DNA from: Candidatus Multivoradales bacterium
Lineage (GTDB): Bacteria > Acidobacteriota > Thermoanaerobaculia > Multivoradales > Multivoraceae
Length of the DNA stretch: 64,000 nucleotides
Assembly: GCA_965223325.1 (NCBI GenBank)
Contig: CBDCWI010000002.1
Span: forward strand, 800,001-864,000
Direction of reading: 5' to 3'
Shown: positions 19,527 through 28,963 of the stretch, in pieces
How positions within the stretch are numbered: position 1 is the stretch's first letter
Layout of the letters: the number at the start of each line of letters is the position of its first letter
The notes under the pieces: generated by a model
Seen by the model: the letters and a program-made list of their open reading frames with translations, nothing else
Database searches by the model: none
What the model was told of the DNA's origin: nothing
Made by a program: the position numbers and the translations under genes

Positions 19527-20989
19527 GTTTCAAACGCCGGCAGCTCGAGGACCGCATCGGCACGGTTGCCGAGCTCGTTGGTGAAGGTTCGCTGCTCGCC
19601 AGATACCGTGTCGGTGATCTCGAGCGTGAAACCGCGATCGGTGGTGGCCGCAAAGAGGACCCAGAAACCGCGCAAAGCGTCGTCGCGGTTGCAGGCGTCG
19701 AGGACCTTGACCAACATTTCGGCGTTGTTCTGCGAGAAGAAGTAGAACAGCGTCGAGTCACGCAGACCGATATCGAAGTTGCTGCCGGGAAAAACGTCGC
19801 TGCCGGTATCGACGGTCACCTCGACTGCAAAGCGCGCGTCGGGCCCCACACAGCCAACGTTGATGCTCGCCTGGCACTCCTGGGCCACGCTGTCGTCGTC
19901 GGTAATGCGTACTGTCGACACGCTGTCGGGGCCGAGGATGACGCCGCCTTCGGGCGCGCTGAGAACGACCGTGAAGGTCTCGCTCGGCTCTGCCTCGTTG
20001 TCGTCGGTGATCGGAATCAGCACTTCCTTTGGCCCGATCTCGCCATCCGCCCAAGTCAAGACGCCGCTAGACGCTTCGAAGTCCGTTCCCGCTTCCGCTG
20101 ATCCGGCGACCGACTGCCAGGTCACCGAGACCTCGCCGTCACTACCGCTCGAGCGTTCGATGTTGATCGGTGCACTGCCAACACTTTCGAGCACCGTCAC
20201 CGTGGACAGACTGAAGTCAACGACCCCCGGGGTTTCTGCGCTCGAATCGTCGTCGTCGGTGATGGTGATCGTCGCCGCACTATCACCCAGGGTTGCGCCG
20301 CCGGTCGGTGACGAGAGCATCAGGTTGATGGTTTCATCGGACTCGATCGCAGAATCGTCGACGAGGGTGACCACAATGGCTTTGGTCACCACGTCGCCGT
20401 CGCCCCAGGCCAGTTGACCGGCAGCCGCCAGATAGTCGTCACTGGCGACGGCTGAGCCATCACTGGTCGCGAAGTCGACGGATACCGAGCCCGCACTGCC
20501 GCCGGTTCGCGCCACCTGCACGGTCGCCGTCCCGGAGCTTTCGACCGCCGCCACCGTCGTATCGACGATGCCGAGCGTTCCGGCACCGCTCCCGCCGTCG
20601 GAAGCTTCGACCGTGATCGTTCCCACCATGCCCAGCGACTCGTGAACGATGCACACATACTCGATCAGTCCGGGAGTCGTGAAAGTGCGGGTCACCTTCC
20701 AGGCGGCCGTCGACGGTGAACCGTCTCCGCCGTCGTCGTCGCAGCCATTGGCACACCGAAACGAAGTTCCTTCTACGTTGTGGTTACCGCCCTTGTTCTC
20801 CCAGGTCACGCTGTCGCCGGCCTTGATCGTCAGGTTGGCCGGGAAGAATGTGTTGTTCGGAAGCACCTCGACATTGTGGTTGGTCTGAGCCGTAGCCGAC
20901 CCGGCCGAGAAGACCGCAAACACCAGGAGACCCACGAGCGATGGGCGGGTCAAAGGCGAGGGACGCGCAGACAACAAAAGGGAAGACAT
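19514..20989 (-). CDS. Secreted cupredoxin (plastocyanin/azurin-like) + 2x Calx-beta + uncharacterised C-terminal domain
   Basis: Type-1 Cu ligands NHNV...YVCIVHESLGM. Two Calx-beta repeats (VARTGGSAGSVSVDFAT...ESDETINL; IERSSGSDGEVSV...EPSETFTV). C-terminal EMLVKVLDAC domain. Confidence 0.82.
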   Translation of the reverse strand: MSSLLLSARPSPLTRPSLVGLLVFAVFSAGSATAQTNHNVEVLPNNTFFPANLTIKAGDSVTWENKGGNHNVEGTSFRCANGCDDDGGDGSPSTAAWKVTRTFTTPGLIEYVCIVHESLGMVGTITVEASDGGSGAGTLGIVDTTVAAVESSGTATVQVARTGGSAGSVSVDFATSDGSAVASDDYLAAAGQLAWGDGDVVTKAIVVTLVDDSAIESDETINLMLSSPTGGATLGDSAATITITDDDDSSAETPGVVDFSLSTVTVLESVGSAPINIERSSGSDGEVSVTWQSVAGSAEAGTDFEASSGVLTWADGEIGPKEVLIPITDDNEAEPSETFTVVLSAPEGGVILGPDSVSTVRITDDDSVAQECQASINVGCVGPDARFAVEVTVDTGSDVFPGSNFDIGLRDSTLFYFFSQNNAEMLVKVLDACNRDDALRGFWVLFAATTDRGFTLEITDTVSGEQRTFTNELGNRADAVLELPAFETCDA

Positions 20990-21268
20990 AGGGAACTCCT
21001 CGGGGTGGTGGAGATGCAGCCGAGAGGCTCGAGTGTGCCGCTCTTCGAGCGCAACTTCGATCGTTGAAGCTTCGTCGGAATAGAGGCCGAACGGGATCTA
21101 CCCGCTGATTCGACGGCCAACTCATCCCGGTTCATCTCCAACGAACTTTGGATCTGAGACTCGAACCGCCATGCTAGGCGATTGGTTTGATCGATGCGGC
21201 GGCATCGCGACTCGTACAATGCCGAAGTGGTAACAGCGGCCCACTGTTGGCGGTAGGCTCCCACTCCA

Positions 21269-21817
21269 ATGCGCAAAGTCCACCTCATCACCACCGGCGG
21301 AACGATCGAGAAGACCTACGACGAGTTGACGGGCGACCTGAGCAACCAGCATTCCCTGGTGCGTCGCATGCTCGGCGAGCTGCGGCTGGAGGGCACCGAA
21401 GTCTCGATCCTCGAGTTGATGAGTAAAGACAGCCTCGAGATGACCGACAAGGACCGCGAGAGCATCCTCAACGCAGCGTTGGCGGCCGGGGCGACCGACC
21501 CGGCGGGCTCGACCTCCAGCCAGTCAGAAAGCGAGCGCGCCGGCATCGTCATCCTGCACGGCACCGACACGTTGGAGGTCACCGGCGAGCTGCTCGCCCG
21601 GCGCTTGACGCCCACTGCCGTACCGGTGGTGCTCACCGGCGCCCTGCGACCGTTCGAAATGAAGCGCAGCGATGCGCTTCAAAACCTCACCGAGGCGATC
21701 TTCGCCACCGGAGTTCTCGACCCCGGTGTCTACTGCGTCGCTCACGGTCGCGCCCTCGCCTTCCCTGGCGTAACAAAGGATCGCGATCGCGGCACCTTCC
21801 GCCACGAAGCGCGCTAG
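21269..21817 (+). CDS. Asparaginase N-terminal-domain protein (short form)
   Basis: TTGGTI and HGTDT motifs, plus VVLTGA. Only 182 aa. Confidence 0.85.
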   Translation: MRKVHLITTGGTIEKTYDELTGDLSNQHSLVRRMLGELRLEGTEVSILELMSKDSLEMTDKDRESILNAALAAGATDPAGSTSSQSESERAGIVILHGTDTLEVTGELLARRLTPTAVPVVLTGALRPFEMKRSDALQNLTEAIFATGVLDPGVYCVAHGRALAFPGVTKDRDRGTFRHEAR

Positions 21818-21820
21818 CTC

Positions 21821-22252
21821 CTACTCTTCGCTGATGGTGACCTTGGTGATGCCATCGCCCTGAGCGATCGCATCAACGACGTCCTGGCCCTCGAGCACCT
21901 GCCCGAAGACGCTGTGCTTGCCATCCAGCCAAGGGGTCGCACCGTGGGTAATGAAGAACTGGCTGCCGTTGGTGTTGGGTCCCGCGTTGGCCATCGAGAG
22001 AGTGCCCGGTCCCGAATGCTTGAGGTCGGGATGGAACTCGTCTTCGAAGGTATACCCCGGTCCACCAGTCCCGGTACCCTGAGGACAGCCCCCTTGAATC
22101 ATGAAGTCTGCGATCACGCGATGAAACTTGAGCCCATCGTAGAAGCCGTCACCGACCAACTTCTCGAAGTTGGCCACGGTCTTGGGTGTCTTGTCTGCAA
22201 AGAGCTCGAGCTTGATCGTGCCCTTGTCGGTGTCGAACGTTGCGATTTTCAA
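21821..22252 (-). CDS. Cyclophilin-type peptidyl-prolyl cis-trans isomerase
   Basis: [39 protein letters not shown] and [13 protein letters not shown] start with an AGGAG RBS. Confidence 0.96.
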   Translation of the reverse strand: MKIATFDTDKGTIKLELFADKTPKTVANFEKLVGDGFYDGLKFHRVIADFMIQGGCPQGTGTGGPGYTFEDEFHPDLKHSGPGTLSMANAGPNTNGSQFFITHGATPWLDGKHSVFGQVLEGQDVVDAIAQGDGITKVTISEE

Positions 22253-22323
22253 AATCGTCTCCTTTCGTCCGCGAAGCTAACAGACCTTGCCGGTCACCTC
22301 GGACCTCGAATCGTCGCCGAACG

Positions 22324-23721
22324 ATGAACCTCTGGGAACTGAACGCCCTCGCGTTACGCCGGGTTCTCGCTAGGGGCGAGGTCTCGGCCGAGGAGTGCAC
22401 GCGCGCCTTTCTCGAGCGCATCGGTTCGACCGATCGCGACATCAACGCAATTCCTACGCTGGTTCCCGAGCGCGCCCTGCGACGAGCTGGCGAGCTCGAC
22501 GCTCTACGAGTCGCCGGTCGAGCCCTGGGTCCACTTCACGGCATGCCGATTGCCGTCAAGGACATGGCGCAGGTCAAGGGGGTGCGCACCACCTTCGGCT
22601 CTCCCCTATTCGCCGACTTCGTTCCCGAGGAGAGTGACTTGTTCGTCGAGCGTCTCGAGACCGCTGGCGCGGTGATCGTCGGCAAGACCAACGTGCCCGA
22701 GTTCGGCGCCGGCTCGCAGACCTTCAACCCGGTGTTCGGCGCCACGCGCAACCCCTGGGACACCAGCCGCACCGTTGGCGGCTCGAGTGGCGGTGCAGCT
22801 GCCGCCACAGCGGCCCGGCTGCTCCCCTTCGCCGACGGCAGTGACTACGGCGGCTCGCTGCGCAACCCGGCGAGCTTTTGCAACGTCGTCGGCTTTCGCC
22901 CGTCACCGGGTCGCGTTCCACAGTTTCCCGTACAGGACGCCTGGGACGACCACCTGGTCATCGGACCGATCGCCAGAAACGTTCAGGACCTCGCGCTCCT
23001 GTTCTCCGTCATGGCAGGCCCGGACCCACGCGACCCTTGGTCACAGCCAGAAGCCGGAGAGACGTTCCGAGAGCTCACACCGCTTCCCACTCGCGGACTG
23101 CGCCTCGGTTTCACCCCCGACCTCGGTCGCTATCCGGTCGAGGAACCCGTGCGCATCACCACCCGAGCGTCGCTTGCGACCTGGAGGGCGCTCGGCTGCA
23201 CTGTCGAAGAGTCGTGCCCTGATCTCCAAGACGCCGACGACATCTTCCACACCCTTCGTGCCTGGACCTTCGCCGAGAAGTTCGGGCCCCAGCTCGAGGA
23301 GCAGCGAGCGCACTTGAAAGACACTGTGATCTGGAACACCGAAGAGGGTCTCGGCCTAAGGGCGTCCGACATCGGCCGAGCACGCCGCCTCAGAACCCGT
23401 CTGGTCGCGCGCGTGGCGCGCTGGTTCGAAGACTTCGACTTTCTGCTTCTACCGACGGTCCAGGTGCTGCCCTTCGATGTCGAAGTCCCCTACCCAAGGC
23501 TCATCGAGGGTCAAGAGCAAGAGACCTACCTCGAGTGGATGGCAACCTGCTGGGCGATCACCGTCACCCGGCTACCGGCGATCTCCATGCCCTGCGGTTT
23601 CTATGACGGTCTACCCGTCGGCCTGCAGATCGCCGGACCGCCGAAGAGCGACCACCGTCTGCTGCGCCTCGCCCTGGCCTTCGAAGAAGCCACCGCGTAC
23701 GCCCTCGAGCGCCCACTCTGA
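22324..23721 (+). CDS. Amidase signature family protein
   Basis: AVKD, GKTNVPEF, GGSSGG and GSDYGGSLRNPA (Ser-cisSer-Lys triad). Confidence 0.93.
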   Translation: MNLWELNALALRRVLARGEVSAEECTRAFLERIGSTDRDINAIPTLVPERALRRAGELDALRVAGRALGPLHGMPIAVKDMAQVKGVRTTFGSPLFADFVPEESDLFVERLETAGAVIVGKTNVPEFGAGSQTFNPVFGATRNPWDTSRTVGGSSGGAAAATAARLLPFADGSDYGGSLRNPASFCNVVGFRPSPGRVPQFPVQDAWDDHLVIGPIARNVQDLALLFSVMAGPDPRDPWSQPEAGETFRELTPLPTRGLRLGFTPDLGRYPVEEPVRITTRASLATWRALGCTVEESCPDLQDADDIFHTLRAWTFAEKFGPQLEEQRAHLKDTVIWNTEEGLGLRASDIGRARRLRTRLVARVARWFEDFDFLLLPTVQVLPFDVEVPYPRLIEGQEQETYLEWMATCWAITVTRLPAISMPCGFYDGLPVGLQIAGPPKSDHRLLRLALAFEEATAYALERPL

Positions 23722-23764
23722 CGCGTCGCACACCCGAGATTTCCCAGAACCACCCCAGTCGATT

Positions 23765-23850
23765 GCCCGGGAATCGCCCGGGAATCGCCCGGGAATTGCC
23801 CGGGAGTTGCCCGGGAGTTGCCCGGGAGTTGCCCGGGAGTTGCCCGGGAC
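23765..23850. repeat. Tandem array of 8 x 11-bp units (GCCCGGGARTY; last unit truncated)
   Basis: GCCCGGGA starts at 23765, 23776, 23787, 23798, 23809, 23820, 23831 and 23842. Confidence 0.95.
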
Positions 23851-23884
23851 GTGTGGGGAGGCGGCGGTGTGGGTGCTGTTTCGT

Positions 23885-23913
23885 TTTACGATTTATACAT
23901 GATATTCTATAAT
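23885..23913 (+). promoter_or_regulatory. Sigma70-type promoter of the S8 protease gene
   Basis: TTTACG (23885-23890), 17-bp spacer, TATAAT (23908-23913), in a rare AT-rich patch. GGAGG RBS before ATG 23945. Confidence 0.75.
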
Positions 23914-23944
23914 ACTTGGAAACTTGCCCTCGGAGGCTGCCTGC

Positions 23945-26584
23945 ATGATCTCTGCGCTCGACCGTCGCTCCTTCTTTACCCCACTCTTCGCCGCTCTCGC
24001 TCTCCTCGCCTCCGGCTCGGCCGCTGCGCAGGTGGCCGAGACGCAGGCGGTGAATGAGCAGCGCGCCGGCTCAAGCCAGCTCGAACGCCCGGGCGGGGTG
24101 GTCTCGAGCGCCCTGCAATGGACTGATTCCAACGCACCGCCCAACGGAGTCTGGCTGGTGACGCTCCAGGACCCGGGTCTGGCGCGCTACGACGGCTCGT
24201 TGCCCGACATGCCGATGGCGACGCGGCGCGCGCGAACCGACGGTTCGGGCACCAAGATCGACGCGCGCTCCTGGCAGAGCCGAGCCTACCTGGACCATCT
24301 CGAGTCGCGGCAGCGCGAGGACCTCGAGACCATTTCCTACGCGCTCGGCCGAGAGGTCGAACCGATCGTGCGCCACCAGGTGCTGCGAAGCGCTGTGGCT
24401 GTGCTCATGACTGCTGAAGAAGCCCAGGCCGTCGAACGACTGAGCAACGTAGCGTCGGTCACTCCGGACCGCTTGTACCCGCTGACCAGTGACGCTTCGG
24501 CCGACTGGATCGGCGCCCCCGCCGTCTGGGACGGCACGCAGACCGCCGACCAGGGTGAGACCCTGGGCGAGGGAGTCATCATCGGCGTTATCGACTCCGG
24601 CATCGATCCCGATCATGAAGCTTTCTCGGACTTGCCTGACGACGAGCACACCTATACCAACCCATTCGGCCCCGGCAACTATGTCGGTGAGTGCGACGGC
24701 GAGTCGCCTGAGTTCCCCTGCAACGCCAAGCTGATCGGTGCCTGGGACTTCATCGACGCGCTGGCGGGTACCAACCCCGACACGATGGAGCCCTGTGAGG
24801 ATGACGGTGCCTACGACGACGAGGGTCACGGTACCCACGTCGCCTCGATCGCCGCCGGCAACCGCGTCAACTGGCCCGCGAGCTCTGGGATCGCGCCGCA
24901 CGCCAACCTGATCAGCTACGACGTCTGTTTCTACCTGTCGCGGGTTCCTGGGTTCTGTCCGCAAGCGATGGGCAGCCCACCCTTCGGTGCCTGCTCACAG
25001 GTCGCCATCCAGTCGGCCCTCGACCAGGCGGTGCTCGACGGTGTCGACATTGTCAACATCTCGATTCAGGGTGGCGCCGATCCCTGGCATGCGAACTCGA
25101 TCGACGGCTACGCCCTCGACGCGCTCGAGGCAGGCATTCTGGTCGTGTCGACGGCCGGTAACCAGGAGACCGAGGGCACCGTCACTCACCTCGGCCCCTG
25201 GGTGTTGACGGCCGCCGCGACCACGCACGACCGCATCTCCTACCCAGCCACCCTCACCCTTTCGGGAGGCGACGTGATGCCGCCCGGCCCAACCTTCGAG
25301 GGCACCAGCCTGTCGGCGACAGGGCTGCCGGCAGCCACTCCGATCGTCTGGGCTGGCTCCCATGAAGCCGACCTCGAAGAAGCCCCCGAGTTCTCCTACT
25401 CTGCCGAACGCTGCCTCCAACCGTTCTCCAGCGGAAGCTTGACCGGAAAGGTCGTCGTCTGCACGTTCTTCGGTCGGCCCGACCGCCCCTACACTCAGGT
25501 CCTCAAGGCACAAAACGTCGCCGCCGGCGGCGCGGTGGGCATGATCGTCCTTGGTAACCCTGGTCTTCCGAGCGAACTCCAGGCCGCCTGGCCACACCCC
25601 ATTCCGACCTTCCAGGTGACCGGCGGAGACAATTCCGCGATCGAGCTCTGGGTCACCGAGAACGAAGGTGGCACCGACGAGCTCGCAACCATCGCCCTCG
25701 GCACGCGCGAGAACGACAGTGACGAGGGCGATCTCTTGTGGTTCAAGACCTCCCGTGGACCGACCGACTACGACCTCCTCAAGCCCGACGTTGCAGCGCC
25801 CGGCTACAACATTTTCGGCGCTGAGGGCGGCTACTACAGCCCTGGCTACAACGGTTCGGCGTACATCTATCGCAGTGGCACCTCCATGGCGGCACCTCAG
25901 CTGGCCGGCACGGCGGCGCTGGTCAAGGCGCTGCATCCGTCCTGGACTCCTTCGGAGATCAAGTCGGCCATCACCACCACCGCTCACAGCGCAGTCCTCG
26001 ACGAAACCGGTACGGCTTCCGCCACACCCTGGGACGTCGGCAGCGGACGGGTCGACGCCGCCGCGGCGACTCGCGCCGGTCTGGTCTTTCCCGAGACGCG
26101 GACCAACTACGAGAACGCCGATCCTGGCAACGGCGGCGACCCGGCGACTCTCAACGTGCCCTCACTCGCCAAGGTCGACTGCCCGGGCACCTGCCAGTGG
26201 ACGAGAACGGTGAGGAATACGCGCAACGTGACGACTTCCTGGCGGGCCACCAAGACCGGTCCAGCAGGCTTCCTGATCGATGTCAGCCCGAGCAGCTTCA
26301 GTCTGGCGCCGGGCGCCTCGCAGGTGATCACCATCACCATTCTCAACCTCGACGCCTCCCTGATTCCGGCGCGCCGTGGCACGGCTCCTCCGGCAGCTGA
26401 GGACTACCAGTTCGGAACCATCGAGCTGGCCAACGATGACGACGACCCGGACCTGCCGACGGTTCGCATTCCCTACGCGGTCACCGTGACCGATGTCGCC
26501 TGGGAGCCGCTGTTTAGTGATGCGTTCGAGAGCAACGACGTTTGCGCCTGGTCGCGCGCGGTGGGCGGGGTCTGCTCGAACTGA
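23945..26584 (+). CDS. S8 subtilisin-like serine protease (I9 propeptide, PA domain, Fn3-like), probable Tat substrate
   Basis: Catalytic triad GVIDSG / HGTHVA / GTSMAAP. DRRSFF twin-arginine signal. C-terminal LFSDAFES..W motif. Confidence 0.92.
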   Translation: MISALDRRSFFTPLFAALALLASGSAAAQVAETQAVNEQRAGSSQLERPGGVVSSALQWTDSNAPPNGVWLVTLQDPGLARYDGSLPDMPMATRRARTDGSGTKIDARSWQSRAYLDHLESRQREDLETISYALGREVEPIVRHQVLRSAVAVLMTAEEAQAVERLSNVASVTPDRLYPLTSDASADWIGAPAVWDGTQTADQGETLGEGVIIGVIDSGIDPDHEAFSDLPDDEHTYTNPFGPGNYVGECDGESPEFPCNAKLIGAWDFIDALAGTNPDTMEPCEDDGAYDDEGHGTHVASIAAGNRVNWPASSGIAPHANLISYDVCFYLSRVPGFCPQAMGSPPFGACSQVAIQSALDQAVLDGVDIVNISIQGGADPWHANSIDGYALDALEAGILVVSTAGNQETEGTVTHLGPWVLTAAATTHDRISYPATLTLSGGDVMPPGPTFEGTSLSATGLPAATPIVWAGSHEADLEEAPEFSYSAERCLQPFSSGSLTGKVVVCTFFGRPDRPYTQVLKAQNVAAGGAVGMIVLGNPGLPSELQAAWPHPIPTFQVTGGDNSAIELWVTENEGGTDELATIALGTRENDSDEGDLLWFKTSRGPTDYDLLKPDVAAPGYNIFGAEGGYYSPGYNGSAYIYRSGTSMAAPQLAGTAALVKALHPSWTPSEIKSAITTTAHSAVLDETGTASATPWDVGSGRVDAAAATRAGLVFPETRTNYENADPGNGGDPATLNVPSLAKVDCPGTCQWTRTVRNTRNVTTSWRATKTGPAGFLIDVSPSSFSLAPGASQVITITILNLDASLIPARRGTAPPAAEDYQFGTIELANDDDDPDLPTVRIPYAVTVTDVAWEPLFSDAFESNDVCAWSRAVGGVCSN

Positions 26585-26657
26585 CTGCCTGTCGGGGGCA
26601 GAAGAGCTCGGGACGGTGACATCATGACGGCGCACGAAGCAGAAAGACCGCCGCCTC

Positions 26658-28958
26658 GTGCGTCTTTTGATGAAAACCTCCTCTGGCCATCTCACGGCTC
26701 CCGCACTCGCTCTCGCCCTCGTCGTCTCGGCCTGCGCGCCGGGTGACCCGAGCGATTCGCGACCACCACTCCCCCTGGCACTCGAATTCTCATGGGCAGA
26801 CACCGCCCGTGAGCAGGCACTGATTGACTTCGGCACGGTAGAGGCCCAGAGTGCCGTGATCGAGGGCTTCGACCCACGCCTCGACTCCCGCCAGGGCAAC
26901 TCATCCGGCGTGACCTGGCAGTGGAGTCGCGGCGACCGCTCGGAGGTCGAGTTCTTTCTCGCCGGAATCGATGGACAAAACCTCGAACTGCGTGCCGCCG
27001 CCCTCGAGGTCCCGGAAGCTGCCGGCCTTGGCCCGCAGGCCGTCTCGCTCACGCTCAACGAACAGGCTCTCGGTGACCTGGTCATCGGGCCCACACCAGC
27101 GGTCCACCGAATCGATCTGCCGCCGGGAGTCTTACGGGTCGGCGCCAACCGCCTGGCCCTTCGCTACGCCTGGGCTGTCCGCCCGCGCGACATCGGCATC
27201 GGGCGCGACAGCCGCCGCCTGGCGGTGCGCTGGGACTGGCTGTCACTGGCCGGGCCGCCAGGTGCGATCGAAACCAGCGCGGCGATGCCGGAGCAGCGCA
27301 TTGCCGTAGCGCCCACAAAAGACGAGAGGAGCCGTGCGTGGCCCGCCCTCGACCTTCCCGGTCGCACTGTGGTTGATTTCTTCCTCGACCTGGGGGCCGA
27401 ACCACGCATCATCTGGCAAGAGCTCACCAACGACTGCCCTCAACCGGTTCATCTGCAACTCAGACTGACTCGGGCCGACGGCGGCGACGACAGGCGAGAC
27501 GCGCAGGAGATCGGCGGCGGGAACCGCGACGTTCACCTGTCGATCGAAGAGACCGGGATTCATCGCCTTCGGGTCACCAACCTGGCACCACCAGGATGTA
27601 CTACGACCTGGTTCGACCCCGCGCTCTACGGGCGCGGCCCACGTCTCGAGTTGATTCCCCAGACTAGACAACAGGCCGAGGTCGAGGTCAGCGAACGACC
27701 CGATGTGTATGTCTATCTTGTCGACACCCTGCGCGCCGACCGGCTCGGCACCTACGGCCAGAGCACCCTCACACCGGCGATCGATGCGTTCGCAGAGCAG
27801 TCGATCATCTTCGACGCGGCGATTGGCACGTCGTCCTGGACCCAGCCATCGGTCGCCTCCCTGTTTACAGGAACCCCGCCGGACGATCACGGCGTTTTGC
27901 TCGTCGAAGACAAACTGCCGGAAGAAGCTCAGGTCCTCGCCGAACAGCTCCAGCTCGCGGCGTATCGCACCGCGGCACTGAGCAACAACTTCCTGATTCG
28001 TGAGTCGACCGGCTTCGACCAGGGCTTCGACGCTTTCGAGTTCGTCGGCACGGACGACCACGATGCGTTCATCGATCTCGCGATCAGCCGGTTAGAAGGG
28101 CCGCCCGACGCGAACGGCCTCGAGCCGACCTTCTTCTACGTCCATACCTCCGAGCCGCACCTGCCCTACGATCCCCCACCAGATCTTCGCGCCGAGCTCA
28201 ATATCGGAAGCGACCTCATCGTCGACGTCGCCAACCTCGACCAGCTCCACGGTCGCACTTCCGGGCCGGAGAAAGAAGCCGAAATGGCGCTGGTCCGCCA
28301 GATCTACGACGCCGAAGTGCGCGAGGCCGACCGCAACTTCGCGCGCTTCATCGCGGCGCTCGAAGACCGAGGCCGCTACGACGAAAGCCTCATCATCTTC
28401 ACCTCGGACCACGGTGAAGAATTCGAGGACCACGGCACGATTCGCCACGGTCGCAATCTCTACCGCCCGACTCTCCAGGTACCGCTGTTGATCAAGCCGC
28501 CGCGAAGCTGGTGGGAACAACACGGAGAAAAGCCACCGCTTCGAATTGCCTCGCCGGCCGGTCTGATCGATCTTTCGGCAACCATTCTCGCTGCCGCAGG
28601 CCTCGAACCGCCGCCCGAGGCCGTCGGTCGCAACCTTCTAGCCGCCGGTGCATCCGCGCGCCACAGCGGGCTCCGCTTCGCCAGCCTCTACACCATCGGG
28701 CCCCAACGCATTGCCCGCGACGACCACTGGAAGCTGCTCTGGGACGCGCGTTTCGAAAAGCCTGCCCTTCTCGACCTGCGCTCCTGGCCCGGCGAGCAGG
28801 AGCGAGTCGAGGCGCAGTACCCGTTGCGTTATCGCTTCATGAACCAGCAGTTCGAGCGCTGGCGCAAGCGCTACCCGAACCCCGAGCAGCTCGACACCGA
28901 AAAGGTCTTCGACCCGGCCACCGTCGAACGCCTGCGTGCGCTCGGGTACCTCGAGTAG
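26658..28958 (+). CDS. Sulfatase-like hydrolase/transferase with N-terminal beta-sandwich extension, probable lipoprotein
   Basis: LVDTLRAD, SWTQPSVASLFTG, EPHLPY, TSDHGEEF, and C-terminal LRALGYLE. Lipobox LVVSAC. Confidence 0.87.
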   Translation: MRLLMKTSSGHLTAPALALALVVSACAPGDPSDSRPPLPLALEFSWADTAREQALIDFGTVEAQSAVIEGFDPRLDSRQGNSSGVTWQWSRGDRSEVEFFLAGIDGQNLELRAAALEVPEAAGLGPQAVSLTLNEQALGDLVIGPTPAVHRIDLPPGVLRVGANRLALRYAWAVRPRDIGIGRDSRRLAVRWDWLSLAGPPGAIETSAAMPEQRIAVAPTKDERSRAWPALDLPGRTVVDFFLDLGAEPRIIWQELTNDCPQPVHLQLRLTRADGGDDRRDAQEIGGGNRDVHLSIEETGIHRLRVTNLAPPGCTTTWFDPALYGRGPRLELIPQTRQQAEVEVSERPDVYVYLVDTLRADRLGTYGQSTLTPAIDAFAEQSIIFDAAIGTSSWTQPSVASLFTGTPPDDHGVLLVEDKLPEEAQVLAEQLQLAAYRTAALSNNFLIRESTGFDQGFDAFEFVGTDDHDAFIDLAISRLEGPPDANGLEPTFFYVHTSEPHLPYDPPPDLRAELNIGSDLIVDVANLDQLHGRTSGPEKEAEMALVRQIYDAEVREADRNFARFIAALEDRGRYDESLIIFTSDHGEEFEDHGTIRHGRNLYRPTLQVPLLIKPPRSWWEQHGEKPPLRIASPAGLIDLSATILAAAGLEPPPEAVGRNLLAAGASARHSGLRFASLYTIGPQRIARDDHWKLLWDARFEKPALLDLRSWPGEQERVEAQYPLRYRFMNQQFERWRKRYPNPEQLDTEKVFDPATVERLRALGYLE

Positions 28959-28963
28959 CCGGG

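Noticed and set aside
21269-21817. Truncated asparaginase pseudogene
   Set aside because: Both catalytic Thr motifs are present with a clean start and stop. Short single-domain asparaginase homologues are common.
23765-23850. CRISPR array
   Set aside because: 11-bp contiguous units with no unique spacers and no cas genes in the window.
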